Shown here piece by piece: positions 58,079 to 64,000 of a stretch of 64,000 nucleotides of DNA (position 1 is the stretch's first letter; each line of letters opens with the position of its first letter). Below the pieces are notes generated by a model. The model was given only the letters and a program-made list of their open reading frames with translations. It did not search any database and was not told the DNA's origin. Made by a program: the position numbers and the translations under genes. Where the stretch lies: the NCBI GenBank assembly GCA_002070415.1, contig MWDF01000004.1, forward strand, positions 19,677-83,676, written 5' to 3'. The stretch comes from Firmicutes bacterium ADurb.Bin153 (lineage in GTDB: Bacteria > Bacillota > DTU025 > MWDF01).

Positions 58079-58116
58079 CAGTGATCGTCCTCCTAAATCT
58101 GGTTTACCGAAGGGCA

Positions 58117-58539
58117 TCAAAACGGCGGTTCATCCGCCAGGTCCTCGACGCCCACATCTTCATCGGCATCCTCCGGTGCACCCTCCTGCGGTTGAGGTCC
58201 ACGGGAGTATCCCCCTTCGCCCCTCTTCTCGAGGAATACTACCCTGTTTGCCACTACTTCCCAGGCCCTACGCTTCTGCCCGTCCTGGGTCTCGTAGGAA
58301 CGTACCTGCAGACGGCCTTCCACCGCTGTAAGATGCCCCTTCTTGACGTAGTTGCTGACGTTTTCCGCCTGTTTGTCCCAGACGACTATGTCGATGAAGT
58401 CCGCTTGGCTCCTGCCGCTCTGGTCCCTGATTCCCTTGTCCACGGCAAGCGTGAACTTGGCGACCGCCTTACCGCTTTGCGTGTAGCTCAGCACGGGGTC
58501 TTGGGTTAGCCTGCCGATCAGTATGACCCTGTTTAACAT
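58117..58539 (-). CDS. ssb: Single-stranded DNA-binding protein
   Basis: [19 protein letters not shown]-fold start and acidic C-terminal tip DEPPF. Confidence 0.95.
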   Translation of the reverse strand: MLNRVILIGRLTQDPVLSYTQSGKAVAKFTLAVDKGIRDQSGRSQADFIDIVVWDKQAENVSNYVKKGHLTAVEGRLQVRSYETQDGQKRRAWEVVANRVVFLEKRGEGGYSRGPQPQEGAPEDADEDVGVEDLADEPPF

Positions 58540-58584
58540 CTAAGACACCACCTTAGCTGGTATTCGGTCCGGCATTGAGCCAAA

Positions 58585-58872
58585 TCAGCCGTCTTTCCTT
58601 ACGATAAGATGGCGGATGACGCCTTCCGTGATTAGGAAGACGCGGTCAAGCTCGGCTACGAGACCCGGTTCGGCGTTGAAATAGAGGATTGTGTAATAAC
58701 CCTCCATGTTACCGTCGATCTCGTATGCCAGCCTGCGCCTACCCATCCTGTCCGTCTTCGTGACCTCGCCACCCTGATCGGTAATCAACTTATCGAACTT
58801 GGCGACCACGGCCTCGGTATTCTCCTCATCTAGCTGGGGAGAGATGATGAACATGCATTCATAGGCTCTCAC
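58585..58872 (-). CDS. rpsF: 30S ribosomal protein S6
   Basis: (V)RAYECMFIISPQLDEE...RRLAYEI. I propose a GTG start at 58870-58872, 7 nt after GGAGGTG. The track start at 58908 adds 12 unlikely residues. Confidence 0.9.
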   Translation of the reverse strand: MRAYECMFIISPQLDEENTEAVVAKFDKLITDQGGEVTKTDRMGRRRLAYEIDGNMEGYYTILYFNAEPGLVAELDRVFLITEGVIRHLIVRKDG

Positions 58873-59013
58873 TGACTTACACCTCCCTTCGGACAAATGG
58901 CCCCGCAACTAGTGCGGAGCAGGGCAACATATATCTTAGCATCACGGGCCGAAGTTAGCAAACGCCCACTTGGGTGGGAAGCATCGGCCGAACGGACCTG
59001 ACGCGAGGCGCTT

Positions 59014-59259
59014 TCAGGATATCTTGTCGAGTATCCTGGCCACGTCTTCTTTCGTGAGCACCTTGCCGTACGATACCACCTTGTCGTCGACCACGAGCGC
59101 GGGCATCGACATGACACCGTACGATACTATCTGCTCTATGTCCGTTACCTTGATGATCTCCGCGGCGAGCCCCTTCTCGCTTACGGCCTTCCTGACGTTA
59201 TCCTCCAGGGTCGCACAGCTCCTGCATCCTGTGCCTAGAACTTTGATTACCATATCCAT
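59014..59259 (-). CDS. Thioredoxin-fold small redox-active disulfide protein (MTH895/TM0996 type)
   Basis: 81 aa with VIKVLGTGCRSCATL (CxxC) and MPALVVDDKVV. Confidence 0.8.
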   Translation of the reverse strand: MDMVIKVLGTGCRSCATLEDNVRKAVSEKGLAAEIIKVTDIEQIVSYGVMSMPALVVDDKVVSYGKVLTKEDVARILDKIS

Positions 59260-59313
59260 ACCTCCTTGGCATCGGTCGGGTCGATGAAACGGCCTGCCGC
59301 TACGGAAAGGCCA

Positions 59314-59586
59314 CTATTCGCAGTCGCAGTCGCAGTCGCATCCACAGCCGTCCGCGGCGCACCCGCAGCCACTGTCAGCTTCCTTTACGTCTCCTACGTA
59401 TGCGATCGCCGAGGCCGGGCACAGACTGCCGCAGCCATGGCAGCCCTGGACGCAACCTTCCGGATACACCACCACGGGAACGGGGGCTTTAGCCCTGTCA
59501 TATACGCCGTGGCGGCAGAGGCTCGTGCAATTCCCGCACTCCGTGCACCTGGAGTAGTCTATCACCGGATACCATCCTTTGGACAT
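59314..59586 (-). CDS. 2x[4Fe-4S] ferredoxin-domain protein with a Cys-rich C-terminal tail
   Basis: CTECGNCTSLC and CVQGCHGCGSLCP cluster motifs. The tail is SGCGCAADGCGCDCDCDCE (7 Cys in 17 aa), encoded partly by a (GCAGTC)3 repeat. Confidence 0.8.
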   Translation of the reverse strand: MSKGWYPVIDYSRCTECGNCTSLCRHGVYDRAKAPVPVVVYPEGCVQGCHGCGSLCPASAIAYVGDVKEADSGCGCAADGCGCDCDCDCE

Positions 59587-59619
59587 GACGGTCCTCTCCT
59601 TTATACTCTCATATTGCCG

Positions 59620-59820
59620 TCAAAACAGAAGATGCCCGAAAGCATTGAAAGCATTCCCTATTATGATTATCCCGGATACGACGATGGGTACGGACATCGA
59701 AGCCTTCGCCTTTACCGTCCTTCTCGGTATCACTATAGAAGGAAGCGTAGGCGCGGTGACGCCGATCATGGACGACTGGGCCGCTTTCTGCCCGGCGCCG
59801 TTCACGGCACCCATGTCCAT
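59620..59820 (-). pseudogene. Possible C-terminal remnant (66 codons, 2 TM) of a DUF318/ArsP-type permease
   Basis: MIGVTAPTLPSIVIP...SVPIVVSGIIIIGNAFNAF resembles the last two helices of permeases that commonly precede thioredoxin-like redox-active disulfide protein genes. Upstream is AT-rich non-coding DNA. It could instead be an intact small membrane protein. Confidence 0.3.
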
Positions 59821-60054
59821 TCAATATCCGGCGATATTCCCGATATAAATCGACGGCCATCAATATTATATCGCGGACGCGAAACGTTCGACCCGGGCGG
59901 GTAGTAATGTACTATAACCGATGCATCCGGCACTTTCCGCTGTACTTTACGATGACTGCCATAGGCCTAATTACGTGCGATTCGACGCCATTTACATTAG
60001 TTGGTACAGGAATTATTATGAAGGTGTTCATTCAAGCAGAAAGGAGATGAGAAG

Positions 60055-61290
60055 ATGGTTTCTAAGAAGCCGCTGATAGCACTGCTTATAGTCGTCGCGG
60101 TCGTAGCCCTGGGGGCGTTCGCGTTGCAGACGGGAGCGGATGAGACTAGCAGCTGCATCGGCTGCCACGCGAATGCGGACACCATGAAGGCCATGGTAGT
60201 CGTGCCCGAACTTGGCGGCGGCGAGGGCGAAGGCTGAGCGGGCCCTCCTCCCCCTGTAAGGGCGGAAGATTACTACCTGGGTTTCGTGGTCAGCAAGGAC
60301 GCCTTGGAGAATGAGCCGCACCTTGCTATGCTCTCCTGTTCTGATTGCCACGCCGGCAACCCCGGAGGCAAGGACAAGGCAGAATCTCATGCCGACCTTG
60401 TAGAAAGGCCTTCGGACGACATATCGACATGTGCCGGATGCCATCCGGATGAGGCAGAGTACTATGCTACTTCCCTGCACTACACCACGGCAGGTTTCAG
60501 GAACGGCGTCATGGGGCGCTTCAGTGAGCAGGAGCTGGCAAAGTACGACGAGCTGGTCTTCGAGCAAAGCTGCAGGAGCTGTCACGCCGCGTGCGGCGAC
60601 TGCCATGTCAAGACTCCGATAGTCTCCGGAGTGAACCTTGGATTGATATCCGGACATGATTTCGTTAGGAAGGACGAGACGAAAACCTGCGCGCTCTGCC
60701 ACGGCGGCAGGGTATATTCAGAATTCACGGGAGATTACGGCGGAACGCCGGATGTGCACTATCAGAAAGGTATGCTGTGCGCGGACTGCCATACGGCCGA
60801 AGAGATGCACGGTGACGGTACGCTGTATGAAGGACGCCGGGACGTCTCGACACGGCCTCAATGCGTCAACTGCCATCCTATCGAGGCAAGCAGCGCTAAC
60901 TCGAATGACGCGCACGAGGCGCATGTGGGCGTACTTTCTTGTTCGGCCTGCCACACTTCCGCAGAGTACAGGAACTGTCAGAACTGCCACGTAGGAGAAG
61001 GCTCTACCTCGTTCCCCGCATTGGTCCTGGGTAACAACCCAAGGATAGAAGGGCAGGTAACGACACTGAGGCTGGTGCCTACCGTCCGCAGTACGTTCGA
61101 GAAGGCAGGCATCAAGCAGGAAAACTTCGATTCCTTGCCCAACTGGTGGGATACGGTGCCCCACATGACCAAGAAACGCACCGACCGCACAAAGGACTGT
61201 GCCGTGTGCCATAGCGAGGGCCGGTACTTCATTACGGAGGAAATGTTCCCCAAGGACGGTTCGAAGGCGAACGAAGGACTTTTAAAGTAG
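60055..61290 (+). CDS. Undecaheme c-type cytochrome, reading frame interrupted by one in-frame TGA (60235-60237)
   Basis: ORFs 60055-60237 and 60286-61290 share a frame. Together they have 11 CxxCH motifs: CIGCH, CSDCH, CAGCH, CRSCH, CGDCH, CALCH, CADCH, CVNCH, CSACH, CQNCH, CAVCH. The signal anchor is present only in the first piece. AAGGAG lies 8 nt before ATG 60055. There is no SD before the GTG at 60286. Confidence 0.7.
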
Positions 61291-61321
61291 AGCTGGATAA
61301 TTTTTTAGCGGAGGTGTGAAC

Positions 61322-62197
61322 GTGAAGAGGTTTTTGGTAATAGCGATGGCCGTAGCGCTTGTAGCCGCGATGGGCGGCGCATCTTCGGCTGCAGGTTTCA
61401 ATCCTTTGGTGACGACCTCGTGGCTCTCGACCAACCTGAAGACTCCCGGCCTGGTAATACTGGACATCCGTTCAGTGGCGGATTATAAGGCGGGGCATAT
61501 TCCCGGAGCGGTGAATATGCTCTACGGCGCTCTCTCGGTTAAGCGCGGCAGCCTGGCAAATGAGATACCGGATCTGCTTGACCTCCAGGATATGCTGCAG
61601 GAGATCGGCATAAACGAGAACTCCACCGTCGTAATCTACAGCTCGAAGTACTCCAAGGCCGATTCTTTCGCTGGGATATATGACTCGCTGAGGATCTGGT
61701 TTACGCTCAAGTACGCAGGTGTAAAGAGCGTCGGAGTTCTTGACGGCGGCCTCGACAAGTGGGTGCTCGAGAAGAAGGAAGTTTCGACCGAGATAGTGAC
61801 CGCAAAGGCCGGCACCTTCAAGGTTACGCCCAACGAGGCGATCATGGCCACTGCGGACGAGGTAATCGCCGCCGTAGGCAAGAACGTAGTGATCGTGGAC
61901 GTCAGGGATACGGCGACTTATGACGCGAAGCACATCAAAGGCGCCGTCAGCGTGCCTTCGTCGTTCGTGTTCAACGATGACGGGACGATAAAGACCGCCT
62001 CCGAGCTAAGTCTGTATTCGGTCCCGAAGATCGGCACCGACCTCAACAAGCAGATAATTGTCCACTGCGTAAGCGGACGTACCGCCAATGCGTGGTCATT
62101 CGTTCTGCTCGAGATGATGGGCTACAAGAACGTCTCGACTTATGACGGATCTTCGCAGGAATTCCCTGCGCTGCCCAATCTGCCTATGGAGCCGTAA
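61322..62197 (+). CDS. Exported tandem-rhodanese sulfurtransferase
   Basis: Signal peptide (KRFLVIAMAVALVAAMGGASSAAG) and two rhodanese repeats. The second has the active-site loop HCVSGRTAN. I prefer the GTG start at 61322 (GGAGG 7 nt upstream); the track start is 61316. Confidence 0.85.
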   Translation: MKRFLVIAMAVALVAAMGGASSAAGFNPLVTTSWLSTNLKTPGLVILDIRSVADYKAGHIPGAVNMLYGALSVKRGSLANEIPDLLDLQDMLQEIGINENSTVVIYSSKYSKADSFAGIYDSLRIWFTLKYAGVKSVGVLDGGLDKWVLEKKEVSTEIVTAKAGTFKVTPNEAIMATADEVIAAVGKNVVIVDVRDTATYDAKHIKGAVSVPSSFVFNDDGTIKTASELSLYSVPKIGTDLNKQIIVHCVSGRTANAWSFVLLEMMGYKNVSTYDGSSQEFPALPNLPMEP

Positions 62198-62276
62198 GGC
62201 TCATTCAGGAGCAAGGAAGGCACCCCCGCGGGTGCCTTCCTTTTTTATCCATTTAACCGACTGGGCCTATGCGAGG

Positions 62277-63428
62277 TCATACGTTGAACTTGATAAGTAC
62301 GACGTCCCCGTCCTTTATCTCATATTCCTTTCCCTCTGACCTTACCCTACCGCGTTCCTTGGCTTCGGCATAGGAGCCTATCTTCTCGAGCTCGTTGTAG
62401 TTAATGACATCGGCCCTTATGAAGCCCCTTTCCATGTCCGAGTGGATCTTGCCGGCTGCCTTGGCGGCATGGGTGCCCTTCTTCACGGACCAGGCGCGAG
62501 TCTCGGTCCCTTTCATGGTGAAGAAGGATATCAGGTCCAGCGCCTGGAAGCATTTCTCCACAAGGTGGTCGGCAAGCGGCCTGTCCAGCCCGAATTGCGA
62601 CAGGTACTCCTTCGCCTCTTCCGCCGAGAGCTCCCCGAGGTCGTTATCCAGTTCGGCACATATGGCGACTACGGGACTGGCCGGGTCAATCGCCCTTATC
62701 TTGGCCGCCGCCCCTGATATCATCCCTATCCTGTCGGGAAGCTGTTCGCTGAACAGCTCGGGCATCACGCGGGGAAGCTCTGCGATCTGCTCCTCGTCCA
62801 CGTTGAGCACTACGACCGCTGGCTTGGCCGTAAGGAGGAACAGCCTTTCCACGGCCTCGGCCTCTTCCTCATCGAGTTCGATCGACCTCAGCAACTTGCC
62901 CCCGGATATGTGGGCTTTGATCCTCTTGAGGGTCTCGAGCTCGTCCTTGTACTTCCTGTCCCCCGTTTTCAACATGGGCTCCGTCTTCTGTATGGCTTTG
63001 TCCACCGTCTGCAAGTCGGCGAGCAACAGCTCGGTGTTAACGATATCAAGGTCCCTGGCTGGGTCGATGCTTCCTTCGACGTGCACGACGTCCTTGTTCT
63101 CGAAGCACCTTAGGACGTGCGCTATGGCGTCACATTCCCTTATATGCCCAAGGAACTTGTTGCCCAGGCCCTCTCCCTTCCATGCGCCCTTCACTAGTCC
63201 CGCTATGTCGAAATACTCAACGGTAGCCGGCGTCGCCTTATCGGCTTTCGCTAGTTCGGCTATCTTGCCCAGCCTCCTGTCGGGTATCTCCACCACTCCG
63301 ATATTCGGCTCTACCGTAGTGAAAGGGTAGCTTCCAACTTGGGCGCCTGCTTTGGTAAGGGCATTGAACAGAGTGCTTTTGCCTGCGTTGGGAAGCCCTA
63401 CTATCCCTACTCTTAGCAAAGGCCACAC
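62277..63428 (-). CDS. ychF: Ribosome-binding ATPase YchF
   Basis: GIVGLPNAGKSTLFNALT, and a C-terminal TGS-like domain ending GDVVLIKFNV. The start is either GTG 63428 or TTG 63419. Confidence 0.95.
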   Translation of the reverse strand: MWPLLRVGIVGLPNAGKSTLFNALTKAGAQVGSYPFTTVEPNIGVVEIPDRRLGKIAELAKADKATPATVEYFDIAGLVKGAWKGEGLGNKFLGHIRECDAIAHVLRCFENKDVVHVEGSIDPARDLDIVNTELLLADLQTVDKAIQKTEPMLKTGDRKYKDELETLKRIKAHISGGKLLRSIELDEEEAEAVERLFLLTAKPAVVVLNVDEEQIAELPRVMPELFSEQLPDRIGMISGAAAKIRAIDPASPVVAICAELDNDLGELSAEEAKEYLSQFGLDRPLADHLVEKCFQALDLISFFTMKGTETRAWSVKKGTHAAKAAGKIHSDMERGFIRADVINYNELEKIGSYAEAKERGRVRSEGKEYEIKDGDVVLIKFNV

Positions 63429-63434
63429 CCCCCG

Positions 63435-63644
63435 TCATTGCTTGTTTACGATAGCCCTGGCCTGCCTTTCGAAGTCTCCCCTCGCCATGACGACCTGCCT
63501 ACCACAACCCATGCACTTTATCCTGTAATCCACACCCGTTCCGAGCACCTGCCACTCGGACGAACCGCAGGGGTGCTTCTTCTTCATCCTCACAACGTCC
63601 CCGGGATTGTACGGGAAGTAGGACTTCTCCTCAACCACGGGCAT
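63435..63644 (-). CDS. DUF951-family small protein
   Basis: 69 aa with GDVVRMKKKHPCGSSEWQVLGTGVDYRIKCMGCGRQV (4-Cys zinc-ribbon-like). It sits in the conserved position upstream of ychF. Confidence 0.8.
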   Translation of the reverse strand: MPVVEEKSYFPYNPGDVVRMKKKHPCGSSEWQVLGTGVDYRIKCMGCGRQVVMARGDFERQARAIVNKQ

Positions 63645-64000
63645 TCCCTTCTTCCTCGGCCGGGTACTTGTCGGTCTCTATCGTTATGTTCCTGTGCGGG
63701 CTTGCCAGCCTAATTCCTTTCTCGTCGCATACGGTCTTGATCGCCTTGTTGATCTGCCTTGCGATGTTCCAGTGCTTCAGCGGGATGCCCTTGGCCCAGA
63801 TCCTTATCCTGGAGCCCAGCTCATTCACCTCTTCGACTCCCAGTATCGTAGGCCCTTCTATCAGCCCGTCGAACTCTCCTCTCATCCCGTCGAGCGATGT
63901 TTGGATTCCTTCTATCGCCTTCTCCAGGTCCTCACGGATATCAAGCGTGACCGCGATCCATATCCTGAGGCCCTCGCTGCTGTAGTTCGTGACCTTGCTT
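63631..64000 (-). CDS. Mechanosensitive-channel (MscS)-family protein, C-terminal part; the gene continues past the right edge
   Basis: The minus-strand frame is open to the window edge: ...SKVTNYSSEGLRIWIAVTLDIREDLEKAIEGIQTSLDGMRGEFDGLIEGPTILGVEEVNELGSRIRIWAK..., typical of the MscS C-terminal beta/alpha-beta domains. Confidence 0.55.
   Translation of the reverse strand, partial: SKVTNYSSEGLRIWIAVTLDIREDLEKAIEGIQTSLDGMRGEFDGLIEGPTILGVEEVNELGSRIRIWAKGIPLKHWNIARQINKAIKTVCDEKGIRLASPHRNITIETDKYPAEEEGNARG

Noticed and set aside
59320-59340. (GCAGTC)3 tandem repeat; I considered a non-coding micro-satellite or CRISPR-like repeat.
   Set aside because: It lies inside the ferredoxin ORF and encodes the CDCDCD part of the Cys-rich tail. 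There is no spacer-repeat organisation. No CRISPR array exists anywhere in the window.

Overview
64-kb chromosomal segment from a high-GC bacterium (about 60% GC by eye). The gene order resembles Firmicutes or Synergistetes: rpsF-ssb-rpsR-yybS(DUF2232)-rplI-lon-dnaB and DUF951-ychF. About 90% is coding, mostly in long minus-strand operons. Left to right: (1) a his operon, hisZ-hisG-[hisD::hisC fusion]-hisB-hisH-hisA' (runs off the left edge), preceded by a YerC/TrpR-like gene and an MFS transporter. (2) Two tandem paralogous lipoproteins of unknown function. (3) A low-GC islet with a class-II Fic protein and about 1 kb of decayed DNA. (4) An M19 dipeptidase and ArsC. (5) A deletion scar that fuses a truncated MCP/HAMP-type sensor head-on to a truncated sugar ABC permease, followed by an orphan ABC ATPase, GntR, a creatininase-family gene and a UxaE-like epimerase. 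(6) A roughly 14-kb organic-acid catabolic block: fumarase alpha/beta, malic enzyme, a PrpD-family protein, a second divergent Fe-S hydro-lyase pair, CoA-transferase A/B, an FAH-family protein, a TAXI-TRAP transporter, a VOC-like protein, a PLP enzyme and a divergent LysR. (7) A pur operon, purE-C-S-Q-L-[purF::purM fusion]-N-(60-codon ORF)-H-D, preceded by a ykkC-fold riboswitch. (8) A low-GC islet with an AAC(6')-like GNAT, a decayed AbiEii toxin and two AbiEi antitoxin paralogues. (9) An R-x4-H (HEPN-like)/CBS protein downstream of dnaB. (10) The ribosomal/replication cluster. (11) A thioredoxin-like protein, a Cys-tailed ferredoxin and a permease remnant. (12) An 11-heme c-type cytochrome split by an in-frame TGA, followed by an exported rhodanese. 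(13) ychF, DUF951 and the end of an MscS gene. I recognised no rRNA, tRNA, CRISPR array, transposase or integrase. All assignments come from reading the translations and nucleotides by eye; no database search was run. Items most worth follow-up: the UGA-interrupted multiheme cytochrome, the ykkC-type riboswitch on the pur operon, the two biosynthetic gene fusions, the HEPN-like/CBS protein, and the uncharacterised organic-acid island.
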